This document shows positions 16,094 to 25,839 of a stretch of 44,466 bases of DNA, piece after piece (within the stretch, counting starts at the first letter, position 1; each line of letters begins with the position of its first letter). Under the pieces are notes generated by a model. It made no database searches and was not told where the DNA came from. It saw nothing but the letters and a program-made list of their open reading frames with translations. Location of the stretch: IMG/VR virus record IMGVR_UViG_3300018073_000008, positions 1 through 44,466 of that record. One strand, written 5' to 3'. This DNA comes from a virus (lineage: Duplodnaviria; Caudoviricetes). The position numbers and the translations under genes were made by a program.

Positions 16094-16101
16094 CTGACCT
16101 C

Positions 16102-17202
16102 CTACTTCGGGTAGCTATACTCGGGAACGAACTTGATCTGCGCAACGTTGTCCACCACGTTTCGGCCAAAGGATTCATTGGGTGCCTCGATATAGGCATC
16201 GAAGCCTACTCCCTGACCTGCACCCATGAACACCAGAGCACCTACCGCGAGCATGGTGTCAGCAGTGTTGTTGTCCGGTTTCAAACCAGCATTCCGACCT
16301 TCGAGCAACCCGTTGTTCGGACTACTAAGTCTTAGTCTCCCTCTGTTGCCGCTGTTATAGCCACTATCGTATCCAGTGATAGTAGCATACCAGTAGAGGA
16401 AATAGTGGCCTGTTACGGGAGCGTAGAACACCCCTACCTGGGTCCATAGGTTCTTCTGAACATTCTTGTTGGCGAAACCAACGTCATAGCTCCGGATACC
16501 TGGGGGCCTGTACGCAGCCTGAGCAGCAGCGTCGCCAGCGTTGTACTGATTCGTCCACACGTTGGGATCATTGTGTGCGGCATTGATCCAGTAATCTCTC
16601 TGGGCAACCATGTCGTTATAATAGCCGACATAGGCTTGGTAGAGAGCTTTGTAGGTAGAACCAGTATTCCAGGCTTCAGCAGGACCCCAATAGTAGTCCG
16701 CCTGTCCCTTCCAAAGTTCAGCAGTATTTTTCCAATAGACACCATTAGCTGGTTGCCCTGGATAGCTGTAAGGGAACCCTTGCGGATCTCTAGCAGCCCG
16801 CCACTCGATGCCCCACATTTCGCACCACTGCTGAGCAGTAGCGGACCATTGTTGTCCTGCTACCCACCCTGTAGGATGCTGAGCAGCTAGTCCATTGCCA
16901 GACTGTCCTGCAGAGTTGTCCCTAGCATTGGTCCACTCTGTACCCCACATACCGTTCCATTGGGTAGCTGTTACAGACCAGAGTTGCCCAGATACCCAAC
17001 CTGTTGGATGCTGGTTTCCGCTTGGCTTACCAGGCTGACCAACAGATGTATCTCTAGCAGACGAATACTCGGTATTGAACATGGTCTGCCATTCGCTAGC
17101 AGTCTCAGACCAACGCTGCCCATTGGTCCATCCAGTAGGGTGGTTGCCCGTACTGAGATCGTTAGCTTGGCCGACCCAATAGCCAAGATTCTGGTATGTC
17201 AT
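16102..17202 (-). CDS. fibre/receptor-binding protein: Trp-rich repeats plus C1q-like C-terminal domain
   Basis: Three HPTGW..GQ.WS.TA..W..M...E...ARD repeats; GVFYAPVTGHYFLYWYAT resembles the C1q GxFxAPxxGxY strand; ATG 17202 overlaps prior stop. Confidence 0.6.
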   Translation of the reverse strand: MTYQNLGYWVGQANDLSTGNHPTGWTNGQRWSETASEWQTMFNTEYSSARDTSVGQPGKPSGNQHPTGWVSGQLWSVTATQWNGMWGTEWTNARDNSAGQSGNGLAAQHPTGWVAGQQWSATAQQWCEMWGIEWRAARDPQGFPYSYPGQPANGVYWKNTAELWKGQADYYWGPAEAWNTGSTYKALYQAYVGYYNDMVAQRDYWINAAHNDPNVWTNQYNAGDAAAQAAYRPPGIRSYDVGFANKNVQKNLWTQVGVFYAPVTGHYFLYWYATITGYDSGYNSGNRGRLRLSSPNNGLLEGRNAGLKPDNNTADTMLAVGALVFMGAGQGVGFDAYIEAPNESFGRNVVDNVAQIKFVPEYSYPK

Positions 17203-18053
17203 ACCGCTCTCCACTGAATGCCATTGCTTTTGTAGGTAAAGGCTTCTGGGGCGACAATGACACCGTTCTGAACAGCGCCTGTAACCAGATTCGTAGAGCC
17301 ACCTATGATAGTCGAACCTCCAGTGGCCGTGAGGTTCATCTGGCCTGCTTCGGCAGCAACAGTAATGGGGCGCTCATTGATGGTTGGGTCAGGCAGTACC
17401 ACTGCTTGAGCAGATGCCAGATACCCAAAGAGATAGAGTTTACCTACCAACATCGCAGCAGTCACAGGGGTGACGTTGGTCCGCAATGTCGTGGTCTTAA
17501 ACATACTCTCGGGATCGGTACCCGCACTTGGGTGCAGGTAGGCCAGGCACGTACCGCCTGAGGGGTTCTCCAGAGCAATCCCAAACGCTGCGCTGCTACC
17601 TAGTGCACTACCTGCCGCTATAACGCTAGCGTTCTGTGTCACGAGATATTGTAGACGGCTAATACCCGTGACCTTCGTCCGGACAAAGCCTTCCATTGCG
17701 ACACGCCCGACAGCACCAGCCGCGATATTTGCCACTACAACCCCGACGGTAGGACCAACAGCATTGGCTACAGGCAGGATAAAGCCACGGTCAACATTGG
17801 GATCAAGCATCACCACGTCACCAGGAACTCTGGCTGCTCCGGTGTTGTTGACCAGGTCCTGGCTCAACCCACCTGTAAGCGTGATAGATCCAAAGCTCCA
17901 GTTGCCCGTGATAGTTTCATCAAAGTCGTAGAAGGTAGAGCGGTCACTCAACCCTGAATTGAATCTGGTGGTGTCCCGCACACCCGCGTTGGGTGTAGGG
18001 TCATCATCAGTTACTTCCGGAAGTAAGAATCCATGTCGCACAGTTGTTTGCAT
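17199..18053 (-). CDS. baseplate-attached fibre/structural protein
   Basis: Follows XkdU-like gene; TTVRHGFLLP fibre-type start; PGDVVML...VGVVVANIAAGAVGRV resembles DUF2190/cement-like folds. Confidence 0.55.
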   Translation of the reverse strand: MQTTVRHGFLLPEVTDDDPTPNAGVRDTTRFNSGLSDRSTFYDFDETITGNWSFGSITLTGGLSQDLVNNTGAARVPGDVVMLDPNVDRGFILPVANAVGPTVGVVVANIAAGAVGRVAMEGFVRTKVTGISRLQYLVTQNASVIAAGSALGSSAAFGIALENPSGGTCLAYLHPSAGTDPESMFKTTTLRTNVTPVTAAMLVGKLYLFGYLASAQAVVLPDPTINERPITVAAEAGQMNLTATGGSTIIGGSTNLVTGAVQNGVIVAPEAFTYKSNGIQWRAV

Positions 18054-18707
18054 CTATCCAAACCTCAGATCTGCCCAAGATACGTTACCAAGATCCGCCC
18101 AGGTATTGTTCCACATATTGGTTGCATCGCCATGCCAGGTTACTTCACTGTAGATAATGGAGTACCCTAGGTGGGATGGCTTGATGCGTCTAACCATGAG
18201 ATCGATGTTCGTTGCCACATTGGGCGGGAAACCCTTTGGTTTGAGGATGCGGATATCGAAGCTGTACCGTCTAAGGTCATTCCCTGGTAGATCGAACTTC
18301 TCAACGATTACCATCTCTTCAGCATACTGTTCAATCTGCTCTTTGATGTATGCTGGTGTAGGGGTAGCCGTTGACTTCATGCGAGTGATGATGCCAGCCC
18401 TGCGTTCTTCAAGGGTTAAGCCCGGATCGGCAGGCGCGCTGAACATCTCTTCCCACAGATTCATTGCTGCTTCGTTAGCTGTGCGCGCAAACCAGGCCGA
18501 GTGCATCGGTTCCAGGTTAGCAACTAGTCTTTGGTCTATGGCAGTTTGAATTTCGCTATCTACCATGAATCTGGTAAAGCGATCTACAGGGTCAAACTCA
18601 AACCCTATAGCCATCAGGAACTGCTGCATGAAGTCGTCTTCTTCCCAGTATGTGGGCAGATTCTCCATGAGAATCTGGCCCCAACCGTAAAAGTCTTTGT
18701 CTCTCAT
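18054..18707 (-). CDS. baseplate wedge protein, XkdU/DUF2313-like
   Basis: LPTYW...TANE.AMNLWEEMF...LEERRAGI...IKPSHLGY. Confidence 0.8.
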   Translation of the reverse strand: MRDKDFYGWGQILMENLPTYWEEDDFMQQFLMAIGFEFDPVDRFTRFMVDSEIQTAIDQRLVANLEPMHSAWFARTANEAAMNLWEEMFSAPADPGLTLEERRAGIITRMKSTATPTPAYIKEQIEQYAEEMVIVEKFDLPGNDLRRYSFDIRILKPKGFPPNVATNIDLMVRRIKPSHLGYSIIYSEVTWHGDATNMWNNTWADLGNVSWADLRFG

Positions 18708-20350
18708 ACAGCCGTAATCGTCCCCGCAATTGGTTTCTCGGTGCCAGTAACCGTGACGTTGTTGGTACTGAACGTCGATGCCCCTGACCTGCGGATACCG
18801 TAGCCAGAGGTGTACATGTCAAAAGTATCGATACCCTTGACATCTTCTAGAGCTGCCTGCTGCACACGATAGAACAACACAAAGCCTTCGTCGCCACCAA
18901 CAGGCTGAGAGTTGAGAAATGCCCTAATGGCTTGTTTCACTTCATCCTGCACAGACGCCAGGCTAAAACCTTCCTCGACTGTCAAAGTAAAGCGAGCATC
19001 AACACCTGCCGCCACGGCTGCTTCTACGGTAACATGCGCCCCGATAGGTCTACGAGTTTGTATGTAATCATACACTTTGGAAACCGTAGCCGCATTGGGA
19101 ATACTATTGTCAGAGTTGACAATGACTACCTTGACGGTACCGTAACCGTTCCATTCGGGCAGCACACTGACTGCTCCCAGGCTGGTGCCATCTGTTTCGC
19201 GTGCCCAGATCTGATAGTCTGTGTCGTTGCCGCCTGCTGAACGTTGTCGTACTGTCAGTAAGAAGCGGCTAAGGAACAGCCTATCAGACTCCCTGTTTAC
19301 ACCACCATCAGCAGCTACAGGGTTACTAACAGCGGTCACGAAAGCAACAGGTGTCGCAAGTCTATTGATGGCCCCTGCTAGAACATTACCTGATCTACCT
19401 GCGGCAGCAGCCTGAACAGCTACACCAGTGAAGAGTCTGTAAGTGGATGTAGTATCGGGAGCAGCACCAACATCCCAGTCAATAACAGACAGCGTATTGG
19501 CCGTATTGTTGATGACCTTTCGCCACTGTCCGGTACCTTTACCGAGAGTGAGCAGAACGTAGTAGTTCTTCCACTCATCTACGGCCCAGGTTTTGCCAGT
19601 ATCAGTCAGGCTAGATTGAGTGCTGCTGGTTACCAGACCAGCTATAGGATCTCTCTGTACAACAGATGCTGTCTCAATACTGTTGTAGACGATAGGTCTA
19701 TCGGTAGTGTTGGGTACCGCCGTAGTACTGAAGGTGATGGTGCTGGGAATGACAGTGCCGACAGCAGCTGTGATCTGCATTACTGTCTTGGAAAAGCTAG
19801 CTGGATTCCGCAGTATACCATGCTCTTCAGCACGAAGGTCTAGCAGTGCGCCGCCCATAAACTGCGCGAAACCTTGCGGAAACAGATCATCCAGACGCTT
19901 ATAGATCCGCTCAAACTCGGGGGCCTGTGCAGCGGTCATATCCCAAGGAACTTGACCTTTACGCTTGTCGTATGGTAGCCCGTTGGGAGCAAACCCAATC
20001 CGGTCCATGATACGAGCCTGGATGATATCTGTAGTGTTGTTAGTCTGGAAGGGGCGGGTTGGGAGGTCGACGCTAATGCGGAATGCGTTGTCTATCTGCG
20101 CAATGTCCTCGCCACCATTATCTACCAGAACCGAGTAAAACCCGATTGGGATACTATTGGCTGGAACTTGCGCTCTCATGATCTCACTGGTGATAAGTGA
20201 GAAACCTGCCAGCGGGTATTCAACTGGAGGGTCCTCAGGACTCAACAACCTTGCGGTCGTGGTAGTAAGGAACCCAGTCCCAGTGATCTCCAGCGTTGTA
20301 TCGGAGCCAACCTGGGTTAACGAAGGAGTCACTGAGTTGATTGTTGTCAC
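18704..20350 (-). CDS. baseplate J / XkdT-like protein with N-terminal IPT/TIG-like domain
   Basis: LDLRAEEHGILR, AGRSGNV, GGVNRESD, GGNDTDYQIWA, WNGYGTVKV, RPIGAHVTV; starts INSVTPS...LEITGTGF. Confidence 0.9.
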   Translation of the reverse strand: MTTINSVTPSLTQVGSDTTLEITGTGFLTTTTARLLSPEDPPVEYPLAGFSLITSEIMRAQVPANSIPIGFYSVLVDNGGEDIAQIDNAFRISVDLPTRPFQTNNTTDIIQARIMDRIGFAPNGLPYDKRKGQVPWDMTAAQAPEFERIYKRLDDLFPQGFAQFMGGALLDLRAEEHGILRNPASFSKTVMQITAAVGTVIPSTITFSTTAVPNTTDRPIVYNSIETASVVQRDPIAGLVTSSTQSSLTDTGKTWAVDEWKNYYVLLTLGKGTGQWRKVINNTANTLSVIDWDVGAAPDTTSTYRLFTGVAVQAAAAGRSGNVLAGAINRLATPVAFVTAVSNPVAADGGVNRESDRLFLSRFLLTVRQRSAGGNDTDYQIWARETDGTSLGAVSVLPEWNGYGTVKVVIVNSDNSIPNAATVSKVYDYIQTRRPIGAHVTVEAAVAAGVDARFTLTVEEGFSLASVQDEVKQAIRAFLNSQPVGGDEGFVLFYRVQQAALEDVKGIDTFDMYTSGYGIRRSGASTFSTNNVTVTGTEKPIAGTITAV

Positions 20351-20814
20351 CGAACAGTCCTTGCGAAGCTGAATTCTTTCTCGTGTCCCGAGATACTAAT
20401 TACCCGGAACGACAAGTATAGCGTATCACCTGCCACTCGTGCAAAGAATTGATCAATCTGGCGGATGAGATCAATGTTGCCAAGAGCCTCCCGTACATAT
20501 CGCTCCGAGATTGATTGAATTGCCAGGTCGCTCAGGTGTCGCCCAATAATGACCCAGAAGTCCGAACCAAACTCTTTATCATAGGCAGCATACATCAGAC
20601 GCTCAGTAACTAGCGACTTGACGATCAACTGCTCCAAATCCATGGCAGGGTTAGCGAGAATAAACTCGTTAGAACCCGTGAACATAAACATCTGCCCATT
20701 GGGGTCATCCCACTTCAACTGTGGTGATACACCCCATACAGGTGCCGTGCTAGGATCTACAGCATCAACGACAAATGCTGGATCCTCAAATCTTGGAACA
20801 GTTGCCAGAGGCAC
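20347..20814 (-). CDS. baseplate protein, XkdS/DUF2634 (gp25-like)
   Basis: LEQLIVKSLVTERLMYAAYDKEFGSD...ERYVREAL; directly upstream of baseplate J. Confidence 0.8.
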   Translation of the reverse strand: MPLATVPRFEDPAFVVDAVDPSTAPVWGVSPQLKWDDPNGQMFMFTGSNEFILANPAMDLEQLIVKSLVTERLMYAAYDKEFGSDFWVIIGRHLSDLAIQSISERYVREALGNIDLIRQIDQFFARVAGDTLYLSFRVISISGHEKEFSFARTVR

Positions 20815-21116
20815 TAGAGTGCTGGCTCCTCCGTAGCCAGAACTACTTCGTCAACAAGCTTGACGATGTTACGATCAATAACTGCCCATTGCATCGCAAC
20901 CGTCTTACTCTTTAGGTATTCCCAGTCCGAGTCCTCAAGCTCTAGCACACCATTGCTGGCGTCGATAATATCGAGCAACCTGATACTCTTGCGCATTTCA
21001 TCAATGTCCACCCCACGCTGAGGATCGAGTGGGCGCTGAACTACTTGTCGCAAGATTTCAGCCCACTCGAGCTCATTACCATCTAGTTTGATTTTGCGAA
21101 GCTTGATACGCTTCAC
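20814..21116 (-). CDS. hypothetical protein (fibre-associated)
   Basis: GTG start at 21116 just after prior stop; ~100 aa. Confidence 0.6.
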   Translation of the reverse strand: MKRIKLRKIKLDGNELEWAEILRQVVQRPLDPQRGVDIDEMRKSIRLLDIIDASNGVLELEDSDWEYLKSKTVAMQWAVIDRNIVKLVDEVVLATEEPAL

Positions 21117-21117
21117 C

Positions 21118-21399
21118 CTACATCCCCACAATCTGGCTGATAAATGTCAGGTCCACAGCATCCAGGGCGGTGTCCAGGTCCGTGATCGCACTCTTGAGCA
21201 CAGCTTCCTGCTCCGGGCTGAAGTAGTACGGGGCAGCCTTCAGGTCAGTCACAGAAAAGAACTCATGGTCCTGGTTGATATGGATCTTTACAGCCAGGAA
21301 GTCCCGCAAGTGTGTACCGACCAACCCGTTGATCTCGACAGCACTCCGGGGTTGCGTACCTATTGTGTCTGGTGGTGTAGGTTCTACGGGTAGAGTCAT
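21118..21399 (-). CDS. hypothetical protein (fibre-associated)
   Basis: 93 aa; ATGA overlap with fibre gene. Confidence 0.6.
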   Translation of the reverse strand: MTLPVEPTPPDTIGTQPRSAVEINGLVGTHLRDFLAVKIHINQDHEFFSVTDLKAAPYYFSPEQEAVLKSAITDLDTALDAVDLTFISQIVGM

Positions 21400-23627
21400 C
21401 GTTTCTCCTTGAGTAACTGGATCTCAGCACGCAGGTCTCGTACTGCTTCCCACAGAATAGGAATCATGCCAACATAGTTCATGCCTTTGATTCCCCCAGG
21501 AGCATCGACCACCAACTCAGGAAAATCCGCAGCCCACTCATCCACGTCGAACCCGTAGCTGTACGGTTTGTCAGCTTTAGGCTCATGCCAGATGTAGTTA
21601 CCAGGATGCTTGTCATCCCAATCGATATCCATCTGCTGGTACTTGATGGTCCTTCGTTCGCGGTTCCATAGTTGCCTGGTCTGTAGCGGTTGGATGTTCC
21701 GCTTGTGATCGGTCTGACTCCAGGTGACGAACGATCCGGTGGTTGAGTAGTAGACGCCGCCGTAGTAGTTAGCATGGACCGACAGCAGCACGCCGTTGGT
21801 CCCAACGTTGGTACCACCCATGCTCAGCGAGGGATTGTTATATCCGTCACCCAGAGTCAAGCGGTAGGCCACTGCACCTGCACTCCAGCCGCCGACCCTG
21901 AAGATGTTGTCGGTATCCAGGCCGAAGTACGTAGCATAGGAACCCGGACGGTGAAAGCAGATCATCGACGCGCCGCCACCGCTGTTAGGTTGGATTTGGA
22001 TAGCCCCTAGACTCGATCCAGGGTCGGCAACACCCGCACTGCTCGGGGTGAAGAATGTTGTATATGCACTAAAGCTACCACCACCAGCAATCGACAGGTT
22101 GCCTCCAGTGGATGTTATGTTACCAGTGACCGAAAGGTTACCACCATTCGAAATCAGATTACCACTAACAGACAGGTTGCCACTCACGTCAACACTCATG
22201 ACGGTAGCAAAAGCAGGAGGCACCGCTGCTGCTGCACTCGGCGCTGTATAGAACGACATCGCTCCAGGCAACATCTGGAGAGTGCTCGCAGCCCCTGTGG
22301 TGATACGCGTCCAGGCCGACCCATTCCACAACGCATTGGATGTGATCTGAGTGGTATTAGTGGACGCTAGCTGTGCTCCTCCAGTACTTACTGTGCTGGC
22401 AACGACGATGCCTGGGACGCTGCCCGCGACGCTGTAGATCTGGCCATTACTGCCGATATTCGCTGTTCCAGCCAGGTACAGGTCGCGCGGCCGGACGGAA
22501 CTGCTAGCGCCGATGTCGAAAGCGTTGTCAGTCTCGGCCCACAGATCCCCGGTCGTGTGGATGCGCCACTTGGCGACGTTGCTCGCATAGAACTGCAACG
22601 TTGTGGCCGACTGCACCAGCGGGGTCGCCACCACTGGCGTGATGACGCCGGTGCCGACGTAGACATAGCGTGGTCTGCCTGAAGCTGATGCCCCAATGTC
22701 GTAGGTGTTGTCAGCTCCCGCGAGCAGATGGCCCGCCGTGCTGATCTGCCAGCGCTCTGTGCCCTGGATCCTCAGTGACAGACCCTTACTAACACCCGTG
22801 CCTGACTTGTTCGAGTCGAGATAACTTGCGGTCGCGTCGATGCCCGACAACAGGTAGGCCGAGTTGTTTACGTCTGAGGCGTGGTAGATACGATAGCCGC
22901 CACCGACACCAGTGCCCGCCGGTGTGACATTCAGCACTGATTCGCGGTTGGCCCAGGCATTGATGATAATCAGGGTGTCGGTGCCGCCGTCAATGTTCAT
23001 CCGCGCCGTCATGCGCGAATTGGTACCCGTGGATTCCCACGAGTTGGCATAGAGGCGGCTGTTAGCGTACAGGTTATCAGCGCGAACAGCACCAGATGTG
23101 TAGATGTCGCGAGGCCTGCTCGCACCACTAGCACCGATGTCGTAGGTTGCATCGGGACTGAAGGTAAGGTGCTGCCCCAACGGTAGTGTGATTCCACCAC
23201 CACCGCCAGCAGGAGTTATCCAAGCAAGATTGTAGTTTGTTGCATCAACCTTGCTGAGTACCTGACCAGCAGTACCTCCAGTGGGTACTGCCCCTGGACC
23301 TATGAAACTTGTGGCAGCATAGACAGTACGGGGTCTGGTAGCACCTGCTGCGCCAATGTCGTAAGTGTTATCTGTCGCGGCGAGCAGGTGTCCGCTGGCG
23401 GTGATATTGAACCTGGGTGTCCCGGCCGTCCCGAACTGCATGACATCAGTCGCGCTAGGGGTGATATAGACGCCGCCTGAGGAAGAGCCCAGGGTCAGCG
23501 TGTACGGACTCAGGCCTGCCGCGACAAAGCCCCCGACATACACCGCATTTGGCCGACTTGCGCCAGCCGCGCCAATGCTGTAGCTGTTGTCGTTAGCGAA
23601 TAGTAGTGGCGAGATGACCTTGGGCAT
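21396..23627 (-). CDS. tail fibre with C-terminal peptidase S74-like intramolecular chaperone
   Basis: Five DNTYDIGA..RPR-type repeats; WSQTDHKRNIQPL...YGF...FPELVV...NYVGMIPILWEAVRDL coiled-coil end. Confidence 0.8.
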   Translation of the reverse strand: MPKVISPLLFANDNSYSIGAAGASRPNAVYVGGFVAAGLSPYTLTLGSSSGGVYITPSATDVMQFGTAGTPRFNITASGHLLAATDNTYDIGAAGATRPRTVYAATSFIGPGAVPTGGTAGQVLSKVDATNYNLAWITPAGGGGGITLPLGQHLTFSPDATYDIGASGASRPRDIYTSGAVRADNLYANSRLYANSWESTGTNSRMTARMNIDGGTDTLIIINAWANRESVLNVTPAGTGVGGGYRIYHASDVNNSAYLLSGIDATASYLDSNKSGTGVSKGLSLRIQGTERWQISTAGHLLAGADNTYDIGASASGRPRYVYVGTGVITPVVATPLVQSATTLQFYASNVAKWRIHTTGDLWAETDNAFDIGASSSVRPRDLYLAGTANIGSNGQIYSVAGSVPGIVVASTVSTGGAQLASTNTTQITSNALWNGSAWTRITTGAASTLQMLPGAMSFYTAPSAAAAVPPAFATVMSVDVSGNLSVSGNLISNGGNLSVTGNITSTGGNLSIAGGGSFSAYTTFFTPSSAGVADPGSSLGAIQIQPNSGGGASMICFHRPGSYATYFGLDTDNIFRVGGWSAGAVAYRLTLGDGYNNPSLSMGGTNVGTNGVLLSVHANYYGGVYYSTTGSFVTWSQTDHKRNIQPLQTRQLWNRERRTIKYQQMDIDWDDKHPGNYIWHEPKADKPYSYGFDVDEWAADFPELVVDAPGGIKGMNYVGMIPILWEAVRDLRAEIQLLKEKR

Positions 23628-25393
23628 CAGCCGACAATCGTCGCCCGGATAGTGTTAGCTGTCTGGCTAAGCCCGAAGGTGATTGTCACATCGCCGTTGG
23701 CTGCGACCGAGATATCAGGCAGAACCATCTCCCCTGTGGCTTCAATCTGTGCCTGGACGACCAGACCGCGTGTGGCGCGAAGCAAGTGTGTTGCCTGGGG
23801 AATAGAGATTGTTGTTCCCGCACCGTGGGTGGCACTGGAGTAGTACCCTGCCGAAAGCAGACCAGACTCACGAGCCGCTTTGGCAGTAGTCTGACCTGTA
23901 CCACCGTTGGCTAAGCCAATTGCTGTACCGTTCCAGGTGCCTGCCGTGACAGTCCCCAGAGTAGTGATAGACGTCTGACCAACATACGTAGCTGAAATGT
24001 CAATAGAGTCTGCCGCAACAGAGATACGGTTGGTCGTGCCGATTACGTCAAGCGTGTTGCCCGTCTTTGTCAGGCCCGCACCAGCAACGACTGAACCAGC
24101 ACCCGAGAACTGTGCGAAAGTCAAACCCGTAGTGCCCAGGACAATCGGGTTATTAGTCGTCAATGTCCAGCCACTATCTGCGTTGACTGTACCTTCTTCA
24201 ACGAAGGTATACATGCCAGACGTAACTTCAGCACTAATATCTGCGTCAGGCGTGCGAGTCAGACCTAAGCCAGCAACATTGAATATCCAGAGGCCATTCT
24301 CAGATGGTGTGGTCTGGTCTTTGAGCAATATCCGGTCGCCCAATACCATCGTCACGCCGTCGAGCGTCGTTGGAGCCGACGAGATACTGATATTGCCTGT
24401 GGATGCCAAACGGACTGATTGCTTTATATCTAAACCTTGAACAGTAGCATCTACGTAGTTCTTGGTCGCACCATCCTGTGGTGAAGCAGGATCCGCTAGA
24501 CCTGTGATACGCTGACCATTGTGGGCTACTGGTCCTGTCGGTAAAGCGATCGCATCCAGAGTACGGTTGCCAGGCATTGCCTGTGTTGCACCTGAACCGA
24601 GCGTGCGCATGCTCGCGGTGCCTACCGCACCGTCCTTGTTAGCTGCGTTGACGTCAGCGTCGGTAATGACCCCCGCTGCAATCTGAGGGCTTGCAGCGGT
24701 ACCTGTTAGATCACCCGCTAGCTGAATGATACCCTGTGTTGTAGTTGTAGCTGGCGGTGTCGCACCACCCACGCTAAAGACCGACTCGTTGCCTGCACTG
24801 TCCAGCCTGTAGAAGTTGCCGTCCGACTTGGGGTAGAACTTGAACGAGCCTGCGGGCGGATTGGCTGGCGTCGTGATCCCGGCGATCTGGGCGAAGTTAC
24901 TCAGGTACAGACTGCGGACGCGCCTGACTGGCAGTGTGTTGCCGATGTCGATTGCAGCGTCGGTGTTCGGAGTCAAATGGCCGCCGTTGTAGTCGATGTA
25001 CCAGCGGTCTGCGCCGTTGACGCCGAGCACCATGCTGCCGCCAGCAGCCCCGGCGATATATACGCCGGGAGATGCTTGACCAATCGTTACTGATGTCCCG
25101 GCACTACCTGCGACAATGCCAGAGGTGGCGTAAATCGAGCGAGGACGGTTGGCTGCAACAGCGCCGATATCATAAGTGGCGTCAGGGGTGAACAGTAAGT
25201 GTTGGCCGAGCGGAATCGTCAGCCCACGCCCAGATACCCAACCGATGTTGTCGCGCCAGTACAGCGTGTTGTCGGCAGTGTTGTAGTAAAGCTGGCCTGT
25301 GACAGGAGATGACGGAGCTGCGCCTAACTGGTGCGCTCGCAGGCTGCGCGCCTCATAGGTAGCGAAGTCAAGAGGAGCACCAAGCGTTGGCAT
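23627..25393 (-). CDS. tail fibre-like protein
   Basis: RITGLADP..QDGATKNYVD; KQSVRLAST..LDGVT...GDRILLKDQT..ENG; QFSGAG..AGAGLTKTGNTL; ATTTTQGIIQLAGDL. Confidence 0.75.
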   Translation of the reverse strand: MPTLGAPLDFATYEARSLRAHQLGAAPSSPVTGQLYYNTADNTLYWRDNIGWVSGRGLTIPLGQHLLFTPDATYDIGAVAANRPRSIYATSGIVAGSAGTSVTIGQASPGVYIAGAAGGSMVLGVNGADRWYIDYNGGHLTPNTDAAIDIGNTLPVRRVRSLYLSNFAQIAGITTPANPPAGSFKFYPKSDGNFYRLDSAGNESVFSVGGATPPATTTTQGIIQLAGDLTGTAASPQIAAGVITDADVNAANKDGAVGTASMRTLGSGATQAMPGNRTLDAIALPTGPVAHNGQRITGLADPASPQDGATKNYVDATVQGLDIKQSVRLASTGNISISSAPTTLDGVTMVLGDRILLKDQTTPSENGLWIFNVAGLGLTRTPDADISAEVTSGMYTFVEEGTVNADSGWTLTTNNPIVLGTTGLTFAQFSGAGSVVAGAGLTKTGNTLDVIGTTNRISVAADSIDISATYVGQTSITTLGTVTAGTWNGTAIGLANGGTGQTTAKAARESGLLSAGYYSSATHGAGTTISIPQATHLLRATRGLVVQAQIEATGEMVLPDISVAANGDVTITFGLSQTANTIRATIVG

Positions 25394-25839
25394 CAGTTCA
25401 AATACGCCTTTCCTGAGGTGGCCGAACCAAACTTGATGGTTATGGCGTTGGAAGAGTCATAGTGGACATCAGGAATGATGACGGTGTTACCCGTATCGAC
25501 CACTGTAACTGAAGGGAATCCATTCAGGGCATGTGTGACAGTCCATGTGGCTTGCGGCATCAACTGTGTGTAAATAAAGGATGATGCTGCTGGTGGTCCC
25601 GCCGTGCCGCTACCTATAGGGGTCTCTACGCCATTGGCATCCAGGACATAGTATTGCCCATCTGATTTGGGATAGAGGCGCATCTTCCCTGCTGGAGGGG
25701 TAGATGGTTGAGCAATCTGGGCTTGCTCAACGTAAGAAGGAGCTAGCAATGCACCAGGCAGCGTCAAAGGTGCCGCGAGCTCAATACCATCCCACGGTAT
25801 ATCCTGAAGCATCAGGTTGGCTACACGTTGTCGACTCAT
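25393..25839 (-). CDS. small fibre-associated structural protein
   Basis: TWTVTHALNGFPSVTVVD...SGKAYLN; shares YPKSDG module with the next gene. Confidence 0.65.
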   Translation of the reverse strand: MSRQRVANLMLQDIPWDGIELAAPLTLPGALLAPSYVEQAQIAQPSTPPAGKMRLYPKSDGQYYVLDANGVETPIGSGTAGPPAASSFIYTQLMPQATWTVTHALNGFPSVTVVDTGNTVIIPDVHYDSSNAITIKFGSATSGKAYLN

